A stretch of DNA of 64,000 bases from NCBI GenBank assembly GCA_963850305.1, contig CAWKKR010000007.1:960001-1024000 (forward strand), given 5' to 3'. A program made the translations under genes and the position numbers. Position 1 is the first letter of the stretch; every line of letters begins with the position of its first letter. The DNA comes from an uncultured delta proteobacterium. Lineage in GTDB: Bacteria > Myxococcota_A > Polyangia > Polyangiales > Polyangiaceae. This document shows, one piece after another, positions 1 through 10,420 of the stretch. The notes beneath the pieces were generated by a model. It had not been told where the DNA came from. It searched no databases and saw only the letters and a program-made list of their open reading frames with translations.

Positions 1-2
1 AC

Positions 3-3000
3 GATCTCGGCGATGTGGATCGCGCGATCGAGCTTTACCGCAAGGTCCTCAGCATCGACCCGATGAACCTGGCAGCGGCCGAATCGCTGCAGACGCTCTT
101 CCAGTCGACGGAGCGGTTTGCCGACATGTCGCTGATCTTGCAGCGCAAGGCGCAGATGCTCCAGGATCTCGAGGAGCAAAAGGCTGCGCTTTATCAGGCG
201 GCCGGGCTCGAGGAAGAGGTTCTCGAGCGATCCGACAATGCCATCGCCGTTTATCAGAAGGTTCTCGAGCTGGATGCAGAGGATCTTCGGAGCGTCGATG
301 CTCTAATCAACCTGTACCTGAAGGCGCAGAAGTGGGCCGAGCTCCTGGAGGTTTACTCCAAGAAGGCCGACCTGGTCAGCGATGCCGAGGAGAAGAAGCT
401 CATCTACTACGAGGTGGGCGCGGTATACGAGCGAGAGCTCGGCAACGTGCAGAGCTCGATCGATACGTACCAGAAGGTGCTCGAGCTCGACCCGGACGAC
501 CTGACGGCGCTCGGTCGCCTGGACGTCCTCTACCAAACCGCCAGGAACTGGGCCGAACTGCTGACGGTGCTCATGCACGAAGCGGAGCTCACCGGCGATC
601 CCGCGGAAGCGATCAGCTTTCAGTATCGGATTGCCGAGCTCTACGAGAAGCATCTCGGCGATGTCCCTCGTGCGGTGGAGCTCTACCGGGACATCCTTGG
701 CGTGCAGCCCGATCACACGCCGACGCTCACGGCTCTCGAGGGCATCAAGAACGGTGACAAGGAGCCGCTCGGAGCCTCGGGGGTCCTCGAGCCCGTCTAC
801 GAGGCCATGGGGGAGTGGTTGAAGCTGGTCAGCGTCCTCGAGGTGCAGGTCCGATTCGCCCAGGACCCATTCGCACACGTGGATCTTCTCCATCGTGTCG
901 CGGCACTTTACGAAGAGAGTCTGGGAGACCCCGCCAAGGCGTTCGACACGTTTGCCCGAGCCGTGAAGGAGGATAGCCAGAACGAGACGTCACTCGGTAC
1001 CCTCGAACGTCTCGCCATGTCCACCGGTCGATGGCCAGCGGTCGCCGAACTCTACGATGGCGAGCTCGAAAAGCTCGAGGGCGAGCCGGAGCGTCTCGTG
1101 GAACTCGGCCTCCGCGTCGCGCAGGTCTACGAAGTTCAGCTCGAAAACGTGGACAATGCCGTGGCTCGGTATCGTCGGGTGCTCGACGCAGATGCCGAAA
1201 ATCAAAGTGCCGTGCGTTCACTCGATCGGCTGTTCACGCAGACCGAGCGATGGAACGAGCTTGCAGAGATACTGGCGCGCGAGGCGGAAGTCGGGCAGAG
1301 CCCCGACGAGATCTTGGAGTTCAAGTTTCGGCTCGGAAGCGTTTACCAGCTCCGCCTGAACGACGTGGACAAGGCGATCGCCGCCTACAGCGAGGTCATC
1401 AACGCCGCCCCCGAGCACACGGAGACGCTTCGAGCTCTCGAGGGGCTGTTCGAGTCCGGCGTGAAACAGCTCGAAGTCGGCCAGATCCTCGAGCCGCTCT
1501 ACCAGTCGGGGGGAGAGTGGGAGAAGCTCATCCGCGTCCACGAGGCGCAGCTCGCTTCCATCATCGAGCCGGAGGAGCGAGTCCAGATGTACTACCGCAT
1601 CGCGGAGGACGCCGAAGAGCGTCTCTCGGATCCGGTTCAGGCATTCCGGGTTTATGTGCGGGCGCTGCGGGAGCGACCGCTGGACGAGAAATCCGGGGAA
1701 GAAATCGAACGACTCGCGTCGATGATCGAGGGCGGCTGGGAGGAACTCGCCAACTCGTACGCAGACGTCATGAGCGTCGAGGGCCTCGACACGCAGACGC
1801 TCGCAGTGCTCGGTCGCAAGCTCGCTCGAGTCTTCGAAGAGGAGCTCGCGGACGTCCAGAAGGCCGAGGAATCATACCGGTTCGTGCTGTCGGTGTCGCC
1901 GACGGATGCAGATGCGCTGTCGAACCTCGATCGCATCTACTCGGCCACGGAGCAGCACTCGGAGCTCGCTGGGATCCTGGATCAGCGTGCGCAGATTGCG
2001 GCCGACGATCGCGACAAGGTGGAGCTCTACGGTCGCCTCGGTCAGGTGTACGAGGTCGAGCTGAACCGCGTGGACGAAGCCGTCGTCGCGTATCGCCGCA
2101 TCTTCGACAAGCTCGAGCCGAACAACCAGGATGCGATCGGCGCGCTCGCTCGCATCTATGAAACGAAAGAGGCATGGGTCGAGCTGAAGGTGGTCTACGA
2201 GCGGCAGCTCGAGAACGCCGTAGGCGACGTCGAGGAAGCGGAAATTCGCGCGAAGCTCGCCCAGGTCGCGTCGGATCGACTCGGGAACGTGGAGCAAGCG
2301 ATCGAAGGGTGGAAGCGGGTTCTGGATCTCCGCGGGGAGGATCCAGAAGCTCTGTTTGCGCTCTCGAATTTGTACGAGAAGCAGGAGCAGTGGGCCGAAC
2401 TATCCGACGTCCTCGAGCGGCACTTCGACATCGCCGAATCCGACGAGGATCGGGTGAACGCCCTTACCCGTCGCGCACGCCTGTTCACCGAGAAGCTCGG
2501 TCGAGATGACGAGGCACTGGAGACCTGGCAGCGTGTGCTGGACATCGATTTTGCGAACGTCGCGGCGCTTCGATCCGTTGCGGCCATCTGGCGTCGCCGG
2601 AACGACCCGACGGAGCTGGTTGCAGCACTGCACGCGACGGTCGATCGCGGCGGATCGTTGCTCGATCCCGAGGAGCTGACCGGCGTCTTCCGTGAACTCG
2701 GGAAGACGTATGGCGCCGTTCTGCAGCAGCCCTACGACGCGGCTGAAGCGTGGCGGAAACTGCTCGAGGTCGATCCCTCGGATTTCGAGGCGATGGACGA
2801 GCTCGAGAAGCTCTACCGCGCCGAAGACCGCTGGCCAGACGTCGTCGGGGTCAAGATGCAACGCGCCGAGGTTCTCTCGGAGGCCGCGGAGAAGATTCGC
2901 GAGCTCCTCGAGGTCACGGAGATCTGGAGGACGAAGGTCGAAGACTACGACCAGGCGACGAGTGCATTCGAGAAGGTGCTGGCGATCGAGCCGACCCACG

Positions 3001-6000
3001 AAATGGCGTTCGTCGAACTCGAAAAGCTGCACCGGACGGCGTCGCGGTGGGAGCCCCTCGTCGAGATGTATTTGAACCGCCTCGAGACGCTCGAGGAGGT
3101 TTCGAAGCGAAGCGAGCTTCTGCGACGCATCGCGACCGTGTTCGAGGAGAAGCTCGAAGACAACAATCAGGCCTTCGACGCCCTGGTGAATGCCTTCAGC
3201 GAAGACTACGCGGACGACGTGACCTCGGCTTACCTCGAGAAGATCGCGCAGGCGACGGGGCGCTGGGGTGAACTCATCAACACTGCCAACGCCTGGCTCC
3301 AGGAGCAGAACGATCCCCGACTCAAGATTCAGCTCTGCCTCCGACTAGGCAAGTGGTACGGCGAGGACCTCGGCCATCCGGAGTACGCGCAGCCTTACTA
3401 TGCGCAGGTCATGCAGCTCGACCCGAACAACGTGAAGGTCGTCCGGCAGATGGCGAACATCTACCGGATCGGCGCCCAGTGGCAGAAGATGGGCGAGACC
3501 CTAACGCGTGCCCTCGATATCGCGGTGGCAAACGAAGATCGGCGAGTGATCTTGTTCGATCTAGGCGAGCTCCTGGAACGACAGATGTCACAGGCGGATC
3601 AAGGGCTTGCCTACTACAAGCGATCACTGGAAGTCGATCCGCTGTATCTGCCGGCCCTCGAGGCGCTCGAACGCAACTACGCCGACCGGGGGATGACAGC
3701 GGAGCTCATCCAGATCCTCACCAGCAAGGTAAAAGCCCTCTCGGACTCGGAGCAGACCGTACAGACCAGCCTCCGGATGGGAGAGCTATACGAGAAGCAG
3801 CTTCGCGACCTGGAGAAAGCGGGGCAAGTCTACCGCGACGTTCTGGCCATCGATGCGTCGAATCTACAGGCATTGCGCGGCCTCGAGAGGGTGAGCGAGA
3901 CACTTCAGAAGTGGAGCGATCTCGTGGACGTTCTCGAGCGGCAACTGGACGTGGTTGAGAGCGAACGCGAGCGCGTCGAGGTCCTGTTGAAGCTCGCCGG
4001 GATCCAGGAGGAGCAGTTCCTCAAGGCGGACGTCGCGGCGCAGCGTCTGGAGCAAGCACTCGAGATTGATCACGCCGAGAAGCGCGCGTACGTCGCGCTC
4101 GAGCGTTGTTATCGACGCTTGAAACAGTGGCTCGACCTCATCGGCGCGTACGAGAGACACATCAGCGACGCCGCCGAGCCGGGCGAGAAGGCCGAGCTGT
4201 TTCGCAACATCGCCCAGGTGTACGCGGACGAGGTCGGCGACAACGATCAAGCGATCACGGCTTATCAGAACATCGTCGACGTCGACGATACCAACATCGA
4301 GGCGCTGGAGGCTCTCGCCAAGCTTTACGAGAAGCAGGGGGATGCCGCTGCCTCCATCGACGCGATGATCAAAGTCGCGGATCTCACGAGCGACGGCACG
4401 ATGCGCGTGGAGATGTATTACCGGATCGGCAAGGCACTCGACGAGAAGCTCGGTGATCGCGTGCAGGCGCAAGAGCGCTTCGAGATGGCGCTCGATCTGA
4501 ACCCGGCACATTTGCCGGCCCTCGCGGCGCTCCGCACCATCGCAGTGGACGAGCAGGACTGGGATCGCGCGGCGACGTACCTCGATCAGGAGCAACAGCA
4601 CACGGAGCAACCCCGGGCGCGGGCAAAGCTGCTCGTGGAACTCGGCAGGGTCCGCGACGAGCAACTCGGCGACCGCGACCTGGCGGTGCAAGCATACGAA
4701 CTCGCCATCCAGGCGGACCCGGACTGTGAAGAAGGCGCGCTGCCTCTCGTCGAGGAGTATTGCAAACAAGAGCGCTGGAAGGATGCAGAGCCGCTCGCGG
4801 AAATGCTGGTCCGGAAGAGCAAGAACCGCGAACGCCAAGAGCAGCACATGCTGAACAAGCTGCTCGGCAAAGTGCACGCCGCTCTCGGGAGCGACGAGAA
4901 GGCGATTAAGGCCTATCAGGCGGCGCATCAGCTGGACGTCACTGATCAGGAGACGATCCGCGGCATCGCGGAGGTGTCGTACAGGCTGAAGGACTGGGCC
5001 AGCTCACTCACGAACTACCAGAAGGTGCTGACTGCGCTGGGCGAGGAAGAGGTGGAGCAACGAACCGAGGTCTATTATCGCCTCGGTTCGATCAAGCGTG
5101 AGCAGGGGCAGCCGAAGCAGGCCATCAACAATTTCGAAAAGGCGCTGGCACTCAACACCGAGCATCGACCGACCCTCGAGGCGCTCGTCGACCTCTACGT
5201 GAAGAGCGGGGATTTCAAGCAAGTTGCCGCGTACAAGCGTCAGATCCTCGACGGAGTGTTCGACGAGGACGAGCGGTTCAAGCTACTCGTGGAGATCGGC
5301 GACGTCTGGGGTGAGAAGGAGAAGAACTCGCCGAAGGCCATCGAGGCGCTCGAAGAGGCGCGGGACTACAAGCCGCAGAACCACGTTCTGTTGCACAAAC
5401 TGCTGCAGCTCTATCAATCGGCGGGCGACTGGCAAAAGATGGTCGATACCCTCCAGGCCATCAGCGATCTCGAAGCCGCTCCCGAGCGGAAGGCTCGCTA
5501 CTTTTACACGATGGCGCAGCTCTATCGCGACAAGCTCGAAGATACCGATCGGGCCGTCGAGCTGTTCAACGAAGCGCTGGATCAGAATCCGCAATTTCTC
5601 GAGAGCTTCGAGCGCATCAACAAGATTCTGACGCAGGAGAAGAACTGGAAGCAGCTCGAGCGTAACTACCGGAAAATGATCCACCGGATGGCTGGGAAGG
5701 GGAACACGGATCTCGAGTTCCAGCTCTGGCACCAGCTCGGGTTGATTTATCGCGACAGGATCGGCGAGACGGAGACGGCCGTCGAAGCCTTCAAAATGGC
5801 GTCGACTCTCCGCCCCGAGGATCTCACCGAGCGGCAGATTCTATCGGAGCTCTACGAGTCCACGGAGCGGTACGACGAGGCGATCGGCGAACAGCGTTCC
5901 ATCCTCGAGCAGGACGCTCTCCGCGTCGAGCCGTATCGCGCGCTGTATCGCCTTTATCTGCACAAGCAGACGTATGACGAGGCGTGGTGCGTTGCCGCGG

Positions 6001-6911
6001 CGATCGCGTTCATGCGCAAGGCAGACGAAGAGGAACAGCGCTTCTTCGAGGACTACAAGCCGCAGGGTATGCTTCAAGTTCGCGGGCGCCTCACGAACGA
6101 CCACTGGGTGCGGCACCTCTTCCACGCCGACGAAAACCTTTATGTCTCGAAGATATTCGAGATGATAGCGGCCGCAGCCCTCCAGGCGAAAATCGCGCAG
6201 CTCAAGATGCAAAATAAGCTGCCCGTGCTGAACGCGAAGTTCAAACAGGATCCGGCAACATCGACGGTCACATTTGCCAAGACGTTCGGTTGGGCGGCGC
6301 AGGTACTCGGGATCGCGAATCCCGAGCTGTTCGTGAGAAATGACGTCCCGGGTTCGATCGTCGCCGTGCCGTCGATTCCGCCGGCGTCCGTGGCTGGCCA
6401 GACGGTGCTCTCCGGATTCACGCCGCAAGAGCTCGCATTCTTGTGCGGGAAGCACCTCGCGTCGTATCGCGGCGAGCATTACATCCGGACGCTCTTCCCC
6501 ACGCAGGCGGAGCTAACCATCATGTTGTTCGCCGGCGTCATGATTGCCGCGCCGAGCACACCCATGCCGCAGGACATCGCGAAGCAGGTGGAGACGACGG
6601 CGCGTGAGCTGGCGAAATACATGGAGCCCGTGCACTTGGAGGGGCTCCGCACCGTCGTGAAGCGGTTCATCGAGGAAGGCGCGAAGGCGAATATTCGGCG
6701 GTGGAGTCAGGCTGTCGAACTGACCGCATGTCGCGCGGGGCTTCTCGTCTCCGGCGATCTGGAGATCGCGAAGAAGATCCTCGCCGCCGAACCGACCGTG
6801 CCCGGCGACCTGACACCGGCGGAGAAGATGAAGGAACTCCTCGTGTTCAGCGTGAGCGACCACTACACGACGCTCAGAACCGCACTTGGCATCGCCATCG
6901 CGACCGAATGA
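3..6911 (+). CDS. Giant tetratricopeptide-repeat protein (AgmK/GltI-like myxobacterial TPR protein); 5'-truncated by the window
   Basis: Frame is open from base 3 for about 2300 codons. Dozens of TPR-like units (A..Y.KVL..DP....AL..L..LY); C-terminal ACRAGLLVSGDL...KELLVFSVS domain typical of myxobacterial TPR proteins. Confidence 0.85.
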   Translation, partial: DLGDVDRAIELYRKVLSIDPMNLAAAESLQTLFQSTERFADMSLILQRKAQMLQDLEEQKAALYQAAGLEEEVLERSDNAIAVYQKVLELDAEDLRSVDALINLYLKAQKWAELLEVYSKKADLVSDAEEKKLIYYEVGAVYERELGNVQSSIDTYQKVLELDPDDLTALGRLDVLYQTARNWAELLTVLMHEAELTGDPAEAISFQYRIAELYEKHLGDVPRAVELYRDILGVQPDHTPTLTALEGIKNGDKEPLGASGVLEPVYEAMGEWLKLVSVLEVQVRFAQDPFAHVDLLHRVAALYEESLGDPAKAFDTFARAVKEDSQNETSLGTLERLAMSTGRWPAVAELYDGELEKLEGEPERLVELGLRVAQVYEVQLENVDNAVARYRRVLDADAENQSAVRSLDRLFTQTERWNELAEILAREAEVGQSPDEILEFKFRLGSVYQLRLNDVDKAIAAYSEVINAAPEHTETLRALEGLFESGVKQLEVGQILEPLYQSGGEWEKLIRVHEAQLASIIEPEERVQMYYRIAEDAEERLSDPVQAFRVYVRALRERPLDEKSGEEIERLASMIEGGWEELANSYADVMSVEGLDTQTLAVLGRKLARVFEEELADVQKAEESYRFVLSVSPTDADALSNLDRIYSATEQHSELAGILDQRAQIAADDRDKVELYGRLGQVYEVELNRVDEAVVAYRRIFDKLEPNNQDAIGALARIYETKEAWVELKVVYERQLENAVGDVEEAEIRAKLAQVASDRLGNVEQAIEGWKRVLDLRGEDPEALFALSNLYEKQEQWAELSDVLERHFDIAESDEDRVNALTRRARLFTEKLGRDDEALETWQRVLDIDFANVAALRSVAAIWRRRNDPTELVAALHATVDRGGSLLDPEELTGVFRELGKTYGAVLQQPYDAAEAWRKLLEVDPSDFEAMDELEKLYRAEDRWPDVVGVKMQRAEVLSEAAEKIRELLEVTEIWRTKVEDYDQATSAFEKVLAIEPTHEMAFVELEKLHRTASRWEPLVEMYLNRLETLEEVSKRSELLRRIATVFEEKLEDNNQAFDALVNAFSEDYADDVTSAYLEKIAQATGRWGELINTANAWLQEQNDPRLKIQLCLRLGKWYGEDLGHPEYAQPYYAQVMQLDPNNVKVVRQMANIYRIGAQWQKMGETLTRALDIAVANEDRRVILFDLGELLERQMSQADQGLAYYKRSLEVDPLYLPALEALERNYADRGMTAELIQILTSKVKALSDSEQTVQTSLRMGELYEKQLRDLEKAGQVYRDVLAIDASNLQALRGLERVSETLQKWSDLVDVLERQLDVVESERERVEVLLKLAGIQEEQFLKADVAAQRLEQALEIDHAEKRAYVALERCYRRLKQWLDLIGAYERHISDAAEPGEKAELFRNIAQVYADEVGDNDQAITAYQNIVDVDDTNIEALEALAKLYEKQGDAAASIDAMIKVADLTSDGTMRVEMYYRIGKALDEKLGDRVQAQERFEMALDLNPAHLPALAALRTIAVDEQDWDRAATYLDQEQQHTEQPRARAKLLVELGRVRDEQLGDRDLAVQAYELAIQADPDCEEGALPLVEEYCKQERWKDAEPLAEMLVRKSKNRERQEQHMLNKLLGKVHAALGSDEKAIKAYQAAHQLDVTDQETIRGIAEVSYRLKDWASSLTNYQKVLTALGEEEVEQRTEVYYRLGSIKREQGQPKQAINNFEKALALNTEHRPTLEALVDLYVKSGDFKQVAAYKRQILDGVFDEDERFKLLVEIGDVWGEKEKNSPKAIEALEEARDYKPQNHVLLHKLLQLYQSAGDWQKMVDTLQAISDLEAAPERKARYFYTMAQLYRDKLEDTDRAVELFNEALDQNPQFLESFERINKILTQEKNWKQLERNYRKMIHRMAGKGNTDLEFQLWHQLGLIYRDRIGETETAVEAFKMASTLRPEDLTERQILSELYESTERYDEAIGEQRSILEQDALRVEPYRALYRLYLHKQTYDEAWCVAAAIAFMRKADEEEQRFFEDYKPQGMLQVRGRLTNDHWVRHLFHADENLYVSKIFEMIAAAALQAKIAQLKMQNKLPVLNAKFKQDPATSTVTFAKTFGWAAQVLGIANPELFVRNDVPGSIVAVPSIPPASVAGQTVLSGFTPQELAFLCGKHLASYRGEHYIRTLFPTQAELTIMLFAGVMIAAPSTPMPQDIAKQVETTARELAKYMEPVHLEGLRTVVKRFIEEGAKANIRRWSQAVELTACRAGLLVSGDLEIAKKILAAEPTVPGDLTPAEKMKELLVFSVSDHYTTLRTALGIAIATE

Positions 6912-6954
6912 GCCTCGTGATGCAGCGCACAGGGCCGGAAAGGCCGCGCGTGGG

Positions 6955-7758
6955 TCATTTGCCCGGGCTGTCGAAGACGATACGGCCCCCGATGACGAAG
7001 TGCGCGTTGACGGCCTTCGTCTCGAGAGGGATGCGACTGGAACCCGTGAAGGTGCCGAGGGCGAGTTCTACGATAGGCCCGAATCCGAGCTGAGAGGCCG
7101 CGTACCAGTCCCCCCCTATCTGGAAACGTGCCCAATCGATTCCAGTCAACGACGCCTCCCCGTCGCCGGTGCGGCGGAAGCCGACTCCGGCGGCGAGCCA
7201 TGGATCGAACCGGACGCCCTGCACCAGATGATAACGAACCATGGCCCCGGCGGCGATCGAGGTGAAGTCCTTGCCTCGAGCGTCATTCTTGCCGGCTGGC
7301 ATCGCCACCTCGGCGTAGGCGCCTATCCCGACAGCGCGGCTCACGCCGTACAAGGCGTCGCCGGCCAGCCATAACCCAGGCCCGATCAGATCGCTCTGCG
7401 CATTGCCGCCAGAGACCAGACCGAACGGGACGATGAGCCCCACATTCGCGCCCAGGACAAGGTGACCGCCGATGGTGTCACGGGCGGGCCGCACGGAATC
7501 GTCGGAGTCGCTCGGAAGGATAACGGGCTTCGGCGGCGTGGGCGTGACCCCAGGGGGTGCCTTTGCCGGGATCGCGCTGGTGGTGGGGGCTGGCGCGGGA
7601 GTCGTCTCGGTCTCCGGGGTACTCGGGACGTCCGGCGGGGACGCACCTTCGGAAGAAGACCCGTCCTTCGGTACGGGTGGAGGTGGCATTTCGCCGTAAG
7701 CGACGCTCGGCAACAGCGAAATTGAAAGGAGGAGCGTGAGACCGGTCGATCGACGCAT
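6955..7758 (-). CDS. Outer-membrane beta-barrel protein (OmpA/OmpW-like) with Pro-rich N-terminal linker
   Basis: Signal peptide MRRSTGLTLLLSISLLPSVAYG, Pro/Thr linker, then alternating beta-strands (FDPWLAAGVGF, HFVIGGRIVFD). Start placed at the ATG at 7758. Confidence 0.65.
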   Translation of the reverse strand: MRRSTGLTLLLSISLLPSVAYGEMPPPPVPKDGSSSEGASPPDVPSTPETETTPAPAPTTSAIPAKAPPGVTPTPPKPVILPSDSDDSVRPARDTIGGHLVLGANVGLIVPFGLVSGGNAQSDLIGPGLWLAGDALYGVSRAVGIGAYAEVAMPAGKNDARGKDFTSIAAGAMVRYHLVQGVRFDPWLAAGVGFRRTGDGEASLTGIDWARFQIGGDWYAASQLGFGPIVELALGTFTGSSRIPLETKAVNAHFVIGGRIVFDSPGK

Positions 7759-7838
7759 CGAGGCTCCTGTTACCACACACGGATCCAGGAAAGCCCGCAA
7801 CTCGTCGCTGGTTGGGCCGATCCGTCGAGCGAGGATCA

Positions 7839-9140
7839 ATGGACGAAGAATCGGCGCCATCGTGGCCCGCCCCGCCGTCGGGGCCCACGCTCGAGCTCGA
7901 GCATCCGCCGGCACGCGGGCCGTGGAGCGTTGAAATTGGGTCGCCGTCCAGCTGCCACGTCGTAGCCCTGAAGCCGGGGTATCCGCTCGTTCTGGGGAGC
8001 GGCGCGGCGGCGGACGTCCGGGTCGATGATCGGACGGTGAGCGCTTGCCACGTGAGGTTGGAGGCTGCCGCGGATGGCGTGGCGGTAGCGGACTTAGGTT
8101 CGAAGAATGGCGTTTACTTCGGAGGAGCGCGCGCGTCCGGCGCGTGGCTCGCTGGAACGCCGTCTTGCTTCGTGGTGGGACGGACGACCGTCACTGTCCG
8201 GATGCTCGCCGACGGGGGCAACGTAATGGTCGCGGGCGAACCCATTCCGGGCCTGGTCGGTGGATCGCTGCCGATGCGACGGCTGGCTGGCGAGATCCGG
8301 CGGTGCGCCGGCCTCCGCGCTCCCGTGCTCCTCCTGGGCGAATCTGGGTCGGGGAAGGACGTGGTAGCGCGCGCCATTCACCGACTTGGGCGGCGAGAAG
8401 GCCCGTACGTGCCGTTGAACGTCGGAGCGGTACCCGAGACGCTGGCCGACGCCGAGTTGTTCGGTCATCAGAGGGGCGCGTTCACCGGCGCGGTCGCTGC
8501 GCGACCGGGCGCGTTTGAAGCCGCGCATCGTGGCACGTTGTTCCTCGACGAGATTGCAGATCTTCCGCCCGGCATCCAGGTGAAGCTCCTGCGAGTCGTG
8601 GAAGATCGGATGGTGCGGCCGCTCGGCAGCGCACGTGCGATCGAGGTCGACGTGCGCGTGCTGTCCGCGACGTGGGCGCCGCTCGAAGAGCGGGTCGCAG
8701 CCGGGCGTTTCCGTGCGGACCTCTACCACCGCATCTCGACGTTCGTGCTGCACGTGCCGCCCCTCCGGTCGAGGAAGAGCGACATTCCGTTGCTCGCGCG
8801 GGCGATCCTCTCGCGCATGCGCGACGACGTCGGTCCAAAGGAGCTGGGCAGCGGAGCACTAGCCCGTCTCGTCGAGCACTCGTGGCCCGGGAACGTGCGC
8901 GAACTCGGCAGCGTCCTCTATCGCGCCGCTGTCGCGGCGGACGGCGGGCTCATCACCGCCGATTGCGTAAATGCCGCGCTGAGTTCCACCGTCAAAGCGC
9001 GCCCACGTCCGCTCTCACGCGACGAGGCGCAAGCGTTGCTCGGGGAGCTCAATGGGAACGTCAGCGGTGCGGCGCGCGCCGCGGGTGTCCCAAGGAGCAC
9101 CTTCCGCTTCTGGCTGGAAAAACCTCGAAGTCAGAACTGA
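7839..9140 (+). CDS. FHA-domain sigma54-dependent enhancer-binding protein (FHA-AAA+-Fis HTH)
   Basis: FHA-like LGSG..ADVRVDDRTVSACH...DLGSKNG; Walker [30 protein letters not shown]-terminal NVSGAARAAGVPRSTF. Confidence 0.9.
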   Translation: MDEESAPSWPAPPSGPTLELEHPPARGPWSVEIGSPSSCHVVALKPGYPLVLGSGAAADVRVDDRTVSACHVRLEAAADGVAVADLGSKNGVYFGGARASGAWLAGTPSCFVVGRTTVTVRMLADGGNVMVAGEPIPGLVGGSLPMRRLAGEIRRCAGLRAPVLLLGESGSGKDVVARAIHRLGRREGPYVPLNVGAVPETLADAELFGHQRGAFTGAVAARPGAFEAAHRGTLFLDEIADLPPGIQVKLLRVVEDRMVRPLGSARAIEVDVRVLSATWAPLEERVAAGRFRADLYHRISTFVLHVPPLRSRKSDIPLLARAILSRMRDDVGPKELGSGALARLVEHSWPGNVRELGSVLYRAAVAADGGLITADCVNAALSSTVKARPRPLSRDEAQALLGELNGNVSGAARAAGVPRSTFRFWLEKPRSQN

Positions 9141-10366
9141 CCGACGACGTCGAGCCCGCTCGAGCCGGGCGCAGCCCACGGCATCAGCCGTGCTTCGAAT
9201 GTCTTGCCGGGCACAGCGGCGGTCTTTTCTGAACCCGAATCGACGAAGTAATACACGACCGTGCCGATGATCGCGGCCCCGCCGACGATCCCGCTGACGA
9301 TCGCGAGCGTCTTCTCCGTATCTCCAGAGTTCGCATGGTCCTGGAAGTCCTTACAGGTCTCCTGATACGCGCTGACCCGGGGTCCCGGAAGGATGCGCGC
9401 CCCGTCCGATGGCAAGCTGCAGGGCCCGTTGGATTGCGGGTTGTAGTTCGCGTCGTTCGCGAAGGCGTTCACGTCGCCGGCCATGGCGGGTGTGCCGTAC
9501 CAATAGTTTTTCAGGTTCGTCTTGTCCTGGTTCGCGACCGAGTAACTCCGATTCGAGAGAAGCCCAAAGGTCACGCTTCCACCGATGCCGAGTGCCCCGA
9601 CGGCCACACCGCCAATCGCGACGGGATGCTGTCCGAGCCATTTGAAGAATGGGGGGCGGTGGTTCTCCGGGGTGGGTTCGGGCGCAGCCTCTTCGGATGC
9701 GGCTTGCTCCTCGGGTGGAGGTGCGGGTTTTTCCTCGGCGGGCGCTGCTTCCGGCGTCTCCTGGAGCTCGGTGTGCTCCGCAGGTACCGGCGCAGTCGAT
9801 GGCGGACGCAGATTCAGATTCACCGAGGTGGTTTGACCCGCGCTCGTCGTGACGGATTTCGTCGCGTGGCGATCTGTCATCGTGGCGTCGAACGAGTGTG
9901 TGCCCGGCATCAGGTACAGCGGGGACGTGAGGGGCGCGGTGCCTCTGTCCGCCCCATCGACAGTGAGCTGCGCGCCAGGTGTATCCACCACGACGGTTAC
10001 TTCGGCGACCTTCGACTTTGCGGCGGCGAAGCCGAGCTCCGTCTCCTGCTTATCCGTATCGCTCACCGTATTATTGTGGAGATACTCGGAGAAGTGCGTC
10101 GCGGCGTCGTCGGGGTGCCCTGACCGGAGCTCGCTCTGCGCCAGGTTCAGCAGAACCGCCGGATGGGGCTTCAGTGCGTAGGCTTGGCGGAACGAGAGCC
10201 GCGCCTTGTCGTATTCGCGCTGGTCGTAAAACTGCACGCCTTCACGGAAGCGTTGGCGCGCCATCTCCACGGTTTCCGGATCCTGGGCATGAGCCCCGCG
10301 CGGAACGCTAACGCCAAGAGCAAGGCCGGCGGCCAGAAGGAGCCGGGCGGCGTGACGGGGAATCAT
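9131..10366 (-). CDS. Exported TPR + PEGA domain protein
   Basis: Signal peptide (AHA-Q), TPR (ARQRFREGVQFY...AYALKPHPAVLLNLAQ), PEGA (GAQLTVDG...LMPGTH), C-terminal hydrophobic segments ending GLDVVGQF. Confidence 0.8.
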   Translation of the reverse strand: MIPRHAARLLLAAGLALGVSVPRGAHAQDPETVEMARQRFREGVQFYDQREYDKARLSFRQAYALKPHPAVLLNLAQSELRSGHPDDAATHFSEYLHNNTVSDTDKQETELGFAAAKSKVAEVTVVVDTPGAQLTVDGADRGTAPLTSPLYLMPGTHSFDATMTDRHATKSVTTSAGQTTSVNLNLRPPSTAPVPAEHTELQETPEAAPAEEKPAPPPEEQAASEEAAPEPTPENHRPPFFKWLGQHPVAIGGVAVGALGIGGSVTFGLLSNRSYSVANQDKTNLKNYWYGTPAMAGDVNAFANDANYNPQSNGPCSLPSDGARILPGPRVSAYQETCKDFQDHANSGDTEKTLAIVSGIVGGAAIIGTVVYYFVDSGSEKTAAVPGKTFEARLMPWAAPGSSGLDVVGQF

Positions 10367-10420
10367 CCAAGGCCTCGTGTCTGCAAGGGAAAGAGTGCCA
10401 ACTTGGTTTCCGTTCGGGGG

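Noticed and set aside
303..6863. Numerous overlapping alternative-frame ORFs (here and throughout the window)
   Set aside because: Expected in GC-rich DNA with few stop codons; Arg/Pro/Ala-rich and without domain motifs.
10382..10400. sigma54 promoter upstream of the TPR-PEGA gene (TGGCAC...TTGCA, minus strand)
   Set aside because: The spacer is 8 nt instead of the strictly required 5.
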